A DNA stretch of 58,443 bases from an uncultured virus (IMG/VR IMGVR_UViG_3300010160_000028) (IMGVR_UViG_3300010160_000028); one strand, 5' to 3'; positions 1 through 9,730 are shown, numbered from the stretch's first letter. Made by a program: numbers and translations. Notes: generated by a model from the letters alone, not told the origin.

Positions 1-279
1 CAATATGCATACGACTTCTACAACGTGATTCCTGATATTGTCGACGCAGAGCCGAAGATGGCGAACGTCAATCTTGAGGATATAAATACTAAGCTAAGCA
101 AGTTTAGAGATAAGAAGGTGATTGCTCTCGGCAACTTTCCTTCGAAGGTACTCGACAAGCTTGGCATAGATCACCTCAAGATCGGTCATCCTTCAATGCG
201 TAATAGAAAGTGGAACGACTTTCATAACGTAACGATGACTCTTGAAAATATGAAAGATTATCTGCGTGGAACTCACTGA
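1..279 (+). CDS. Uracil-DNA-glycosylase-superfamily-like small protein (5' partial)
   Basis: Frame is open from base 1; VIALG...HPS C-terminal motif resembles UDG-fold proteins. Confidence 0.4.
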   Translation, partial: QYAYDFYNVIPDIVDAEPKMANVNLEDINTKLSKFRDKKVIALGNFPSKVLDKLGIDHLKIGHPSMRNRKWNDFHNVTMTLENMKDYLRGTH

Positions 280-1426
280 ATATTATGACGAGTATATCCG
301 ATATTTCTATCTAGCAAAAGATCAGCAAGCCAAGTGTAATCTTGGTTCTGTGCCATACCTCGAATCGAATATGAACGACGACCTCCTCGAGAACGTAGAG
401 CTCTATGACGTCGTCGAACGTAAGTATGCGGGATTCTCACAGATTGTCAATGACGTTTTCTATGGATGGACTCCGGAACATCCATACTGGGACAAGATGG
501 AAAAAGGCCATCATACATACCAAAGGAAGACGATTGCCACCGACTGGACTGGTAAGCACTCTGACTTTCAACTTGCCGAATGGTTGTATGTGTTCCTTCT
601 CCATCGTGTGACTGGTTCTGGTATCAACTACTCTGTAAAACCTTCGGGCTATTCGAACACCGTTCTTCCACATCTCTACAAGTTTAATACTATTGAAGAG
701 ATGACGCGATTCATCAACGTTTATCCATATCCATTCTACACGTCGGTAGGTTATCAGTTTCCTTCCTTTCCAAAGCCGAAACCTGGTTACAAGAGAGGTG
801 GAGACTATTATCTTTCTGAGTATGCACCTCGTCTTTGCCGAGAAATGGCAGAGTGGCTCGAAGGCAATAACTCCAAGAAAGATCTTCGCGAAATCGGAGA
901 ATGGATGTTTGACTGGAATACTAAGAATGGACTTCGTGTTTATCGATTCCAATATGCTGCATTCGTAGCAGACATTGCCGATTGGTTTCCGCAGTATGTC
1001 AATCTTGAAAGCCCATTCTATTATGGTACGAATGCGGTAGAATGTATCTCATATCTTGCTAACAATACAGATAAGTTGCAAAAAGAAAAGTTCCTCGACA
1101 AGGTAATGGAAAAGATTTATGCAGATACAGGCGCGTTCCCTTACAATGCAGAAGATGTATGCTGCGACTTTATCCGATGGGTCGAGAACTATGTGAAACC
1201 GGGTGGAGCTTACAATCATCTCGATTTTGACTCACTGTGGTCGTCATGCAAAATTAAAGATCACCCGTATGGTCGACAAAAGGCAATGCTGGATCTAGGC
1301 CTCGTGAGAACTTTCAATGGTATGACAAACCATCCATCCGATGATACTGTTCTCAAGCAAGTTGGCATGAGTGTACAAGACTATAAGGCAAAAGTAAATG
1401 AACATGTTAACACAACTGCTCGGTGA
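266..1426 (+). CDS. Putative amino acid:DNA transferase (aGPT-Pplase / helical glycosylase-like DNA hypermodification enzyme)
   Basis: N-terminal DDLLENVELYDVVER and C-terminal NAEDVCCDFIRW resemble the DPIL..Y...V.R and E..LCE..KY motifs of this family; adjacent to a PLP enzyme. Confidence 0.55.
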   Translation: MELTEYYDEYIRYFYLAKDQQAKCNLGSVPYLESNMNDDLLENVELYDVVERKYAGFSQIVNDVFYGWTPEHPYWDKMEKGHHTYQRKTIATDWTGKHSDFQLAEWLYVFLLHRVTGSGINYSVKPSGYSNTVLPHLYKFNTIEEMTRFINVYPYPFYTSVGYQFPSFPKPKPGYKRGGDYYLSEYAPRLCREMAEWLEGNNSKKDLREIGEWMFDWNTKNGLRVYRFQYAAFVADIADWFPQYVNLESPFYYGTNAVECISYLANNTDKLQKEKFLDKVMEKIYADTGAFPYNAEDVCCDFIRWVENYVKPGGAYNHLDFDSLWSSCKIKDHPYGRQKAMLDLGLVRTFNGMTNHPSDDTVLKQVGMSVQDYKAKVNEHVNTTAR

Positions 1427-2405
1427 GCATGAATTTGATATTGAATATCCGAATATTGCCGAAGTCGAGTATGACGACAAAGGAAAGCCGAAGCAATCAT
1501 GGATGAAAGACTGGACTCAAGAGGAGAGGACTGAAAAGTTCTTTGAGTTTTGTCGTGAATATGATTTGCGTCGAGACTCTCTTCTTCGTGACAACTATCA
1601 ACAGTTCAGTCATCGCATGCATTGGCATGAATGTCCTTTCGTTGATGAGATCAAGGAAGTCGAAGATTTTAAGACTGTACTCGAAGCATGCCTTATCTTC
1701 TCTTTTAGCAATGAACACTGGAAAACTTTTAAAGCATGGCAATCTGGAGGTCCGGAAGCTATGCGTACTCGTTTTATATCTGAACGTCATGCTCGCTCAG
1801 ATCTTTTTCAAATCTATTATCCAAAAGATACGAGTGTAAAAGATTGGCTGTGTGAAGTTCCTACGGCATTTGCAGAGAAGCATGCTGAAAGCTTGTTTGA
1901 GAAACGCAATCGACCTTATACGATGATGGAGTTTGCTAAGAAGTTGAACACGATCTTCGTCGAGGAATTTGGTTTTCGTAATGCCATGTATCCTTGTAAG
2001 AACGCAGCTCGTCACGTGGCTATGAGTCATCCCGATTGGGTGGATCCTGATTCTTTCCTTCATGGCGGTACAGGTTATTTCGACGGACTCAGCCAAGTTT
2101 TTGATTGTCCGAATCTGATGAGTAAGAGTAAGTATGATATTAACGAGTTCGGTGAGTATGTTGCTTTGAATGATGCGGCGAAGATGCAAGTCGAGCATAT
2201 GGATTATCTGAAGGCACATCTATCAAATCCCATTCATACGCATAACTATCTGAACCTCGAAGACAAGCTTTGTATGCATTATAAATATATGGCAGTCAAG
2301 CTTGGCGTGAAGTCGCAGACGATGCAAATCCCATATGATTGGGTATATCCCATCGAATGGTCTCTCAAGACGAATAGATATGATAGGCTGACGAATGGCA
2401 CATAA
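1398..2405 (+). CDS. Second putative amino acid:DNA transferase paralogue
   Basis: FFEFC...DSLLRDNY N-terminus and NLEDKLCMHYKY C-terminal motif; GT-x-x(G/A) segment shared with the upstream ORF (YYGTNA / HGGTGY). Confidence 0.5.
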   Translation: MNMLTQLLGEHEFDIEYPNIAEVEYDDKGKPKQSWMKDWTQEERTEKFFEFCREYDLRRDSLLRDNYQQFSHRMHWHECPFVDEIKEVEDFKTVLEACLIFSFSNEHWKTFKAWQSGGPEAMRTRFISERHARSDLFQIYYPKDTSVKDWLCEVPTAFAEKHAESLFEKRNRPYTMMEFAKKLNTIFVEEFGFRNAMYPCKNAARHVAMSHPDWVDPDSFLHGGTGYFDGLSQVFDCPNLMSKSKYDINEFGEYVALNDAAKMQVEHMDYLKAHLSNPIHTHNYLNLEDKLCMHYKYMAVKLGVKSQTMQIPYDWVYPIEWSLKTNRYDRLTNGT

Positions 2406-3297
2406 TAAACATGTCACCGATGGCGTGAACAAAGACGTAGGCATTTACGGTTGGGAAAAAGCCAGAGAATATTATCTGAGTCTTGCCGAATCATGGACCG
2501 ATCCTTATCCAGATCCAGTCGTCACAATTCATGACGGTGTACGATGTGTACGAGACGATCTCATCACTGGAACGAAAGTTCGTGGTGGTGATTGTCTTAT
2601 TTCAAGAATGAATCAATCGACTATTGTATATGTTCAACCTCGCACTGGTCTTGCAGGTGTTTCTCTTCTTGATGTGGCCAAGCGTCATAATAAGAAAGTA
2701 AAGTTGTTCATGCCTTCTTCACAAACAATCTCTCATCATCAGGCATGCTGTATTGAACAAGGAGCAGATGTCGAGTTTCATCGTATTGCTGCAATGCCAA
2801 ATCTAAACAAGATCGCCAAAGATTGGGCAGATTCTCAAGAAGATGCCTTCTTCGTTCCTCTTGGTTTAAAGCATGAACTCGTCACCGCTGGTATTGTGAA
2901 GGCTGCATCAAAGATCGAAGCGCCTGATGAAGTCTATGTCGCCATCTCAACAGGTGTACTCTCACGTGCAATGCAGATCGCGTGGCCAAATGCCAAATTC
3001 CACTCAGTTGCAGTGTCTCGTAATCTGAAAGCTGGTGAACTTGGCCGTGCTGATGTCATCTCTGAACCGATGCCATTTCAACAAAGCGAGAAGGCAGAGA
3101 ATCTTCCACCGTTTCCATCGATTGATACTTATGATGGAAAAGTATGGAAATACATTCCAAAAAATACTGGTAGGAACATCTTATTTTGGAATGTCGGTAA
3201 ACAACCAGTATTGAATGATCCTACAATCTATGATCGCGTAAATAGTTACCGCGATTGGCAAAAAAATGATGTACAATATAGGCAACTTGATATATAA
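2395..3297 (+). CDS. PLP-dependent enzyme, fold type II (threonine dehydratase / cysteine synthase-like)
   Basis: VRDDLITGTKVR with Schiff-base Lys; VAISTGVL phosphate loop; YDGK and LFWNVG motifs. Confidence 0.75.
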   Translation: MAHNKHVTDGVNKDVGIYGWEKAREYYLSLAESWTDPYPDPVVTIHDGVRCVRDDLITGTKVRGGDCLISRMNQSTIVYVQPRTGLAGVSLLDVAKRHNKKVKLFMPSSQTISHHQACCIEQGADVEFHRIAAMPNLNKIAKDWADSQEDAFFVPLGLKHELVTAGIVKAASKIEAPDEVYVAISTGVLSRAMQIAWPNAKFHSVAVSRNLKAGELGRADVISEPMPFQQSEKAENLPPFPSIDTYDGKVWKYIPKNTGRNILFWNVGKQPVLNDPTIYDRVNSYRDWQKNDVQYRQLDI

Positions 3298-3305
3298 GGG
3301 ATAAT

Positions 3306-4373
3306 ATGAACATATTACTCACATCCCCATTCACTCCTGTTTCTTCCAACATTCACTCGCATCGGGCCGCTCAGGCTGCCATCTATGCTGAACAGTTGAG
3401 TAGTTTAGGTAACGTCCATCTCGATCGTACTGGTAACATTCATCAGGATACGGTATGGATAGATGCTACTGGTAACATTCATTCTGATCCGCCACAAGTT
3501 GATAGAGTCTATGTCTATCATGGCAATGATTGGTTTGGCTCACTAAACCTTTTCGGTGGCATGAAAAATTATAGTAATATCGATAAGTTGATTCTCTACT
3601 CGAATCTAAAGGCTCCTGTCTATTCTTTATGGATCGATCATCCGAAGTACAGTGAGATGTTAAAGCCCCGACTCGATGGTGATATCCATCCTTTCTGGCA
3701 TCTTGTTGATTGGGAAAATCTAAAGAAGATCGAAGACACTGCCATTACAGTTCGTGAAATTGAAACTACGAATCGTGCAGTGGCCGGTGATAGCCATGCT
3801 ATTTGCATGTATCGTCCAGGTTGGTTTGTCAATTCGGTTCCCTTCAAGACTCTCCACGGTGCACTCAAGGAAGGTCTACAAACTTTTATCGAGCCTCATC
3901 ATGAGATCGCAGAGTTCTACTTCGGTAACATCGACGTACGTCACCATCTTTGCCGTCAACCTGATCCTGAACAAGCAACACGAGATTTGGCGAATAGATA
4001 CTATGAACAGCTCTCTCGACTAGATCTTGCAAAAGTTTCTGCATATGAGTTGCTTCCTATCGAGCATGAATCGCGAGTCCTTCCAAAGACTGGATACTAT
4101 AAAGGAACTCCATTCTATGGTTCATGGGAAGATCGCAATAGATGTCGTCTTATCTTTAAGGATGAGATGAGAAAGCTTTGTGCTCAAGGTAGTGTCAACC
4201 TCATTGAATGGGTTGATCCGCTTCTCAATGACAGAGGTGAGCTCGACTTTGAATGCATGGAAAAACCAAAGTCGGTCCATCTCTCGCGCAATTCATATCC
4301 GCATTGGCAAGGCCGCAAGTGGTCTGGCCTATCTGAAAACAAACCCGCAACTCTAGAGGATTTCTTTGCATGA
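3306..4373 (+). CDS. Hypothetical protein with C-terminal SGNH-hydrolase-like domain
   Basis: GDSHA (block I), FGNIDVRHH (block III) and SVHLS (block V-like). Confidence 0.5.
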   Translation: MNILLTSPFTPVSSNIHSHRAAQAAIYAEQLSSLGNVHLDRTGNIHQDTVWIDATGNIHSDPPQVDRVYVYHGNDWFGSLNLFGGMKNYSNIDKLILYSNLKAPVYSLWIDHPKYSEMLKPRLDGDIHPFWHLVDWENLKKIEDTAITVREIETTNRAVAGDSHAICMYRPGWFVNSVPFKTLHGALKEGLQTFIEPHHEIAEFYFGNIDVRHHLCRQPDPEQATRDLANRYYEQLSRLDLAKVSAYELLPIEHESRVLPKTGYYKGTPFYGSWEDRNRCRLIFKDEMRKLCAQGSVNLIEWVDPLLNDRGELDFECMEKPKSVHLSRNSYPHWQGRKWSGLSENKPATLEDFFA

Positions 4374-4831
4374 AAACTAGTAAGTATATAATGAACGAAC
4401 ATGATGATAATACCGTATCCATCACTAAGAAAGGTCCAACAGGTGGACCACAGTTTGAAAGTATGGCAGGATTAAATGGTCCTCCAGGTATATACGTCGA
4501 GAATCCTTCGGGCACACACATAAATTTTATTCCAGGAATTACGGCGAAGCATCTCAGTGTGTATAAATACAATGAAGGCGAATCACTCAAAGAAATTCAG
4601 TCTTACATCGATGCTACTTACGAGCAGCATTATTCCCGAAATAAATATCAAGCAACAGAATTCATCATTGACGCCGGTCATGGTACTGGTTTTAATATCG
4701 GGAATATGATGAAGTACACTCAACGATACGGTCGTAAGGGTGATCCCGCCGAATGGCGAAAGGACCTGATGAAGGTTATCCACTACGCAATTATGCAACT
4801 CCACGTTCATGATACTGAAAATAAAGATTAA
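4370..4831 (+). CDS. DUF3310-like protein (T7 gp1.7-type nucleotide kinase family)
   Basis: HY...EFI...GFNIGNMMKYTQRYGRKG...DLMKVIHYA signature. Confidence 0.7.
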   Translation: MKTSKYIMNEHDDNTVSITKKGPTGGPQFESMAGLNGPPGIYVENPSGTHINFIPGITAKHLSVYKYNEGESLKEIQSYIDATYEQHYSRNKYQATEFIIDAGHGTGFNIGNMMKYTQRYGRKGDPAEWRKDLMKVIHYAIMQLHVHDTENKD

Positions 4832-4840
4832 GGATTAATT

Positions 4841-5815
4841 ATGGGTATTGAAATTAATGTTCCAATGGAAGAGCTCAGAAAGCGCAAGCTCTTTATTGCC
4901 GCGCCAATGTATGGCGGCCAATGCGCTGGTATGTTTACACGATCAATCGCAGATCTCTCTGCACTTTGTACGCACTACGGAATTCAAGTCAGATTTTACT
5001 TCTTGTTTAACGAGTCATTGATCACTCGAGCGCGTAACTACTGCGCAGACGAATTCATGCGTTCAGGTGATACTCACTTGATGTTCATCGACTCTGATAT
5101 TGGATTCAATCCAAATGACGTGATCGCACTGCTTGCTCTACAAAATCCAGATCCATCAGTAGATAACTATGATATCATCGCTGGTCCATATCCGAAGAAG
5201 TGCATCAGTTGGGAAAAGATTAAGCTTGCTGTCGATAAGGGTATGGCTGACGAGAATCCAAACGATCTCGAAAAGTTTGTTGGTGATTACGTCTTTAATC
5301 CAACTGGTGAAACACGAGAGATTGCTCTTGGACAACCAGTCGAAGTGCTTGAATCTGGAACTGGATTCATGATGATTCGGCGCCAAACTTTCGAGAAGTT
5401 TCAAGAAGCTTATCCTCAGCAGTTCTACAAACCTGATCACGTTCGTACAGAACACTTCGACGGTAGCCGTGAAATCATGGCTTACTTCGATACGCCGATC
5501 GATCATAAGCGTACGAACATTAATGCCGAGCTTGAAGAATACTTGAAAAAGAATCCAAAAGCAAAAGCAAAAGAGATTGTAGACTTTGTGAAAGATCCGA
5601 ACAATGGTGTAATCAAAGAATATTCGAAACGTTACCTCTCCGAAGACTATATGTTCTGTCAGTGGGTTCGTAATGCTGGAATGCATGTATGGCTTTGCCC
5701 ATGGATGGAACTGAAGCACGTTGGTTCGTATGTATTCGGTGGTTCTCTGCCAGATATTGCCCGTATCGGTGCAGCTGCAACTGCAGATCCTTCTGCACTC
5801 GGTAAAAACAAATAA
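4841..5815 (+). CDS. GT-A fold glycosyltransferase-like protein
   Basis: IAAPMY, ESLITRARN, LMFIDSD (DxD), GTGFMMI and SEDYMFC motifs. Confidence 0.65.
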   Translation: MGIEINVPMEELRKRKLFIAAPMYGGQCAGMFTRSIADLSALCTHYGIQVRFYFLFNESLITRARNYCADEFMRSGDTHLMFIDSDIGFNPNDVIALLALQNPDPSVDNYDIIAGPYPKKCISWEKIKLAVDKGMADENPNDLEKFVGDYVFNPTGETREIALGQPVEVLESGTGFMMIRRQTFEKFQEAYPQQFYKPDHVRTEHFDGSREIMAYFDTPIDHKRTNINAELEEYLKKNPKAKAKEIVDFVKDPNNGVIKEYSKRYLSEDYMFCQWVRNAGMHVWLCPWMELKHVGSYVFGGSLPDIARIGAAATADPSALGKNK

Positions 5816-5875
5816 TGGTGTACAATTAATACAATCGTTGGTATATTGAATATTCCGAACATATGGAGATTTATT

Positions 5876-6535
5876 ATGAAATTAGATAATGATACGTTGC
5901 AAGTACTCAAGAACTTCTCGGCTATTAACAAGAACATTATGTTCAAGCCTGGAAATGTGATTCGTACTATTTCGAGTACAAAATCTGTTCTTGCAAAAGC
6001 AACAATTAAACAAGAATTTGACAAAGGTTTTGCCGTATATGACCTCTCACGGTTTATTGGCACTCTTTCCTTGTTTAATGATCCTGAGATTGAAATCAAG
6101 GATTCGTACGTCGAACTCATCGAAGGTAACAACAAGTTTCAGTACGCTGTCACTGATCCTTCGCTGATCATCGTTCCTCCTGATCGTGAGATTGAATTGC
6201 CAAATCCAGAAGTCAATTGCTTGATTTCTGAAGAAGCGCTTAATCGAGTGATGAAGGCGTTGGCAGTTTCTCAGTTGCCTGAGATTGCCATCGTCGGTAA
6301 GAACGGTAAGATCTTGCTTCAGGCTGTCGATACTCGTGGCACTAGCAACGACTCGTTTAGCATCGAAGTTGGTGAAACTGAAGCTCGCTTTCGCATGGTA
6401 TTCCGTTCGGATTGCATGAAGTTGATTCCAGGTTCTTATGACGTTTCGATCTCTTCCAAGGGCCTTAGCCATTGGAAGGGCGCAACAGTAGAATACTGGA
6501 TCGCTGTTGAATCCAACTCGGCGTTCGAGGCTTGA
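5876..6535 (+). CDS. 45: Sliding clamp, T4 gp45-like
   Basis: TLQVLKNFSAIN, AVYDLSRF and EYWIAVE motifs; precedes the clamp loader; GGAG RBS. Confidence 0.92.
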   Translation: MKLDNDTLQVLKNFSAINKNIMFKPGNVIRTISSTKSVLAKATIKQEFDKGFAVYDLSRFIGTLSLFNDPEIEIKDSYVELIEGNNKFQYAVTDPSLIIVPPDREIELPNPEVNCLISEEALNRVMKALAVSQLPEIAIVGKNGKILLQAVDTRGTSNDSFSIEVGETEARFRMVFRSDCMKLIPGSYDVSISSKGLSHWKGATVEYWIAVESNSAFEA

Positions 6536-6542
6536 TTATTAT

Positions 6543-6571
6543 GGGTGGTGTTTCGGCATCACCCGCTTTTT
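6543..6571 (+). terminator. Rho-independent terminator / UUCG hairpin
   Basis: GGGTGGTGT-TTCG-GCATCACCC followed by GCTTTTT. Confidence 0.7.
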
Positions 6572-6587
6572 GTGACGGAGATATATT

Positions 6588-7523
6588 ATGCTTGAAGATT
6601 TTTTGTGGGTAGAGAAGTATCGCCCAAAGACCGTGTCCGACACTATCCTGACTGACGAACTGAAGAAAACATTTCAACAGTTCGTAGATCAGAAAAACAT
6701 TCCTAACCTCATTCTCTCTGGTACCGCAGGTGTTGGCAAGACGACTGTGGCAAAAGCCATGTGCGAAGAACTACAATGTGACTATATCGTTATCAACGGT
6801 TCGATGAATGGCAACATCGATATGCTACGTAACGACATCTCACAGTTTGCTAGCTCTGTGTCGCTCATGGGTGGCAGAAAGATGGTGATCCTCGACGAAG
6901 CCGACTATCTCAATCCTCAGTCGACTCAACCAGCTCTTCGTAACTTTATGGAAGAGTTCAGTGCCAATTGTGGATTTATTCTCACTTGTAACTTTGTTGA
7001 TCGTATCATCGAGCCTCTTCATTCTCGTTGTTCTGTGATCAAGTTCAAGATTCCAAAGTCAGAACTGCCAGCTCTTGCAAAACAATTTATGCAACGAGTG
7101 TGCGGCATTCTTGACATTGAAGGTGTAGAATACGAGAAGCCAGTTGTGGCTGAAGTGATCAAGTCTCACTTTCCTGATTGGCGCCGAGTGATCAATGAGT
7201 TGCAGCGTTACAGTGCGACTGGTAAGATCGATACCGGTATCCTACGTAACTTCTCTGACAATGCACTCGCCAAACTCATTGGTTACATGAAGGATAAGAA
7301 CTTCACAGCCGTTCGTAAGTGGCTTGGAGAGTCTGACATTGAACCGACCGAGTTCTTCCGTGCCTTCTTCGATAAGGCCGAGGATTATATCGGCAAAGGT
7401 AGTATGCCTCAACTCGTACTCCATCTCGCAAAGTATCAGTATCAGAATGCATTCGCTGCTGATCCTGAGATCAATCTCATGGCATGTCTCACAGAAATTA
7501 TGGCCGACTGCGAATTCTTGTGA
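6588..7523 (+). CDS. 44: Clamp loader large subunit, T4 gp44-like
   Basis: LWVEKYRP, Walker A GTAGVGKT, ILDEAD and SRC motifs. Confidence 0.95.
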   Translation: MLEDFLWVEKYRPKTVSDTILTDELKKTFQQFVDQKNIPNLILSGTAGVGKTTVAKAMCEELQCDYIVINGSMNGNIDMLRNDISQFASSVSLMGGRKMVILDEADYLNPQSTQPALRNFMEEFSANCGFILTCNFVDRIIEPLHSRCSVIKFKIPKSELPALAKQFMQRVCGILDIEGVEYEKPVVAEVIKSHFPDWRRVINELQRYSATGKIDTGILRNFSDNALAKLIGYMKDKNFTAVRKWLGESDIEPTEFFRAFFDKAEDYIGKGSMPQLVLHLAKYQYQNAFAADPEINLMACLTEIMADCEFL

Positions 7524-7768
7524 TCTGGTTCAATCGAAATAAAACATGCGCCGTGTGTGAAGATAAGTATCTGAAGAGCGTGCCATTTCATGAAATACAA
7601 ATGAATACTGATGAAGGCATGGTCTCTCTTGAAATATGTGATAAGTGCGCGGACTTCTTTGATAAGTCTGCAGACGTGATAATGAAAGGCCGATCAAATG
7701 ACACCCTTCGACTTCGTGAAATCGATCAACTCGACCAAGAAGAACCTGATGAAAGGTACGGAGAATGA
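7520..7768 (+). CDS. Small CxxC...CxxC putative zinc-binding protein
   Basis: GTG overlaps the gp44 stop; CAVC and CDKC; 3' end overlaps gp62. Confidence 0.45.
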   Translation: MIWFNRNKTCAVCEDKYLKSVPFHEIQMNTDEGMVSLEICDKCADFFDKSADVIMKGRSNDTLRLREIDQLDQEEPDERYGE

Positions 7769-8084
7769 TGCTCTCGCCGAGAAGACATACAGTCCTTGGC
7801 TAACAAATAGATCCTTATCTTACTTTGCCGATTCCATTCATGCCGCCAACATGATGAACTGCAACCACAACCTCGATAACAAACTCCAATATTCTTTTTT
7901 GATAAATATCATACGACCTAGCAAACGCTTTGCGAAGTGGGTGAAAAAAGAAAAGGATGGAGATCTCGAAGCGGTTGCAGAGTACTACAATTATAACCGC
8001 CGTGCTGCCAAGGCAGCTCTTGATATCCTCTCCTCTGAACATATAAAAATAATAAAGAAAAAGATTCAGAAGGGTGAAACATGA
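7698..8084 (+). CDS. 62: Clamp loader small subunit, T4 gp62-like
   Basis: PFDFVKSIN, YSPWLTNRSLS, KRFAKW; synteny 45-44-62-regA. Confidence 0.9.
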   Translation: MTPFDFVKSINSTKKNLMKGTENDALAEKTYSPWLTNRSLSYFADSIHAANMMNCNHNLDNKLQYSFLINIIRPSKRFAKWVKKEKDGDLEAVAEYYNYNRRAAKAALDILSSEHIKIIKKKIQKGET

Positions 8085-8476
8085 ATATTTTAGAAACTTT
8101 AGTTGAAGTGAGGCTTGGAGAAGAAGACGATTTCTTGAAAGTTCGCGAGACTTTGACTCGTATCGGCGTAGCTTCTCGTAAGGACAAGACTCTTTATCAG
8201 TCTTGCCATATCTTACACAAACAAGGCAAATATTATATCGTCCACTTCAAAGAGTTGTTTGCACTCGATGGTAAACCATCAGACTTTTCAGAAGAAGACA
8301 AAGGTCGCAGAAATACAATTACCAAGCTTCTCTCCGATTGGGGATTGATCGCGATTGTTGATCCAGATAATATCATTGATCCTCAGACTCCTTTGAACCA
8401 AATTAAGATCCTTCCATTCAAAGAAAAAAATGAATGGAGTCTCGTGACGAAATATAATATCGGTCGCAAAAAATAA
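8081..8476 (+). CDS. regA: Translational repressor RegA
   Basis: DFLKVRETLTRIG, LYQSCHILHKQGKYYIVHFKELF. Confidence 0.95.
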   Translation: MNILETLVEVRLGEEDDFLKVRETLTRIGVASRKDKTLYQSCHILHKQGKYYIVHFKELFALDGKPSDFSEEDKGRRNTITKLLSDWGLIAIVDPDNIIDPQTPLNQIKILPFKEKNEWSLVTKYNIGRKK

Positions 8477-8498
8477 GTTATTGATTTAAATTGAAATT

Positions 8499-8563
8499 AA
8501 AACGCGCTTGGATGATTCTGAGTGCGTTTTTTTATGTACATTATTGTCAAAACGTTGTATCCT
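8499..8563 (+). promoter_or_regulatory. Terminator hairpin fused to early-type promoter (cassette copy 1)
   Basis: AAAACGCGCTTGGA-TGAT-TCTGAGTGCGTTTT hairpin, then TGTACA(8535)-N17-TATCCT. Confidence 0.7.
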
Positions 8564-8593
8564 GGGTATATGATGATGAAAAGGAAAAATACT

Positions 8594-8986
8594 ATGCTTA
8601 CTCTTCGTGATATTAACACTGCAACCAACAGCCGTGATGGCGATATCTACTCTGACCTGTACAAGGACGTATACGGTAGTCGTCCTCGTCACGCCGAGTT
8701 CGCGTCGATCGAAGAGTTCGATACCGACTTCGAAGCTCTTTCGCACATGCTTGATAAGCAGATCGAGAGCGAAGCTGAGTATCAACAGATCTACTTCGAC
8801 AAGTTTGTTGCTCGAGTTGAAGAGACGATGCAAATCGTTCAGGGTACAACTCGTGAACGTGCGATCGAGATCATCGCCGAAGCCGAAGGTATTCGCGCGG
8901 CGGAGTTCGAATTCTATGGTCTCGAGATTCTTGAGCATGAACTCAACCTCAAGTACGGTTCAATCGCTCGATGGTTATCAGAGTAA
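8594..8986 (+). CDS. Hypothetical early protein
   Basis: AAGGA RBS after the promoter; YSDLYKDVYGSRPR motif common in phage hypotheticals. Confidence 0.7.
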   Translation: MLTLRDINTATNSRDGDIYSDLYKDVYGSRPRHAEFASIEEFDTDFEALSHMLDKQIESEAEYQQIYFDKFVARVEETMQIVQGTTRERAIEIIAEAEGIRAAEFEFYGLEILEHELNLKYGSIARWLSE

Positions 8987-8994
8987 AATACCGG

Positions 8995-9023
8995 TGTACA
9001 ATAATGCCAAACTATGGTAGAAT
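8995..9023 (+). promoter_or_regulatory. Early-type promoter
   Basis: TGTACA-N17-TAGAAT with extended TG. Confidence 0.75.
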
Positions 9024-9051
9024 GATATTATCAGTTGAAAAGGAATATATT

Positions 9052-9357
9052 ATGACTCTTACCATTAAACAAATCGAATCGAATTACGCCGTCCCTGCCG
9101 ACGCGACTCGTCAAAATTATTATCCTGTCCGCGCTTATTGGATTCCAATCGAACTTCGCGAACAAGTTTTGGCCGCTTACCGCGAAACCAATACTCGTGT
9201 CCGTCTTCGCTATCGTGGCCCTCGCGCCGTTTCAATCGGCCGCGAAATGACTCGTCCCGATAAAACCACTTATCTTCGTTCGCGCCACCGTGCGATGCAA
9301 GATTGTTTGATTGCCGACGCAACTCATTTCACTGTTTACGACTATACTTCGCGATAA
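9052..9357 (+). CDS. Hypothetical protein
   Basis: AAGGA RBS; ORF directly after the promoter. Confidence 0.65.
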   Translation: MTLTIKQIESNYAVPADATRQNYYPVRAYWIPIELREQVLAAYRETNTRVRLRYRGPRAVSIGREMTRPDKTTYLRSRHRAMQDCLIADATHFTVYDYTSR

Positions 9358-9387
9358 GTTGAATATATATTATTAGGAGATTATTTT

Positions 9388-9549
9388 ATGAACGTCGAAC
9401 TTTTTGCATTTCCAACAATGGAAAATCCGAAGGCCGTCGAAGATACATTTTGCGATCTTCTGAACGCAAAGCGTCGTGGAGAATCGATTCCTGTTGAAGC
9501 ACTCGATTGGATGGACACCGCGAATAACTGGTTATTGGAGTCGAAGTAA
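9388..9549 (+). CDS. Small hypothetical protein (53 aa, not in ORF track)
   Basis: AGGAG RBS; MNVELFAFPT...LLESK; TAATG overlap with the next ORF. Confidence 0.6.
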   Translation: MNVELFAFPTMENPKAVEDTFCDLLNAKRRGESIPVEALDWMDTANNWLLESK

Positions 9550-9722
9550 TGCCGAATGAAAATAAAGGTGGAACGTTTGCGCCAGCAGATATGGATTTAC
9601 TAAAGCGCGCCCTCCGTCATTATAAAGATATGCTCGTAAGTACTGAAGAGAGCGAGCGAAATGCGTCTCCCGAACTCATGAAGGTAGCTAATCTTCTTCA
9701 TCGAATAGGTCGTATCGTCTAA
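9549..9722 (+). CDS. Small hypothetical protein (57 aa, not in ORF track)
   Basis: GGAG RBS, TAATG coupling; MPNENKGG...LLHRIGRIV. Confidence 0.6.
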   Translation: MPNENKGGTFAPADMDLLKRALRHYKDMLVSTEESERNASPELMKVANLLHRIGRIV

Positions 9723-9730
9723 CAGTTAGA

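Noticed and set aside
4562..4569. TATAAATA inside the DUF3310-like gene (also at 2280)
   Set aside because: Both encode Tyr-Lys-Tyr within coding sequence and are not next to a start codon; not called as promoters without transcript data
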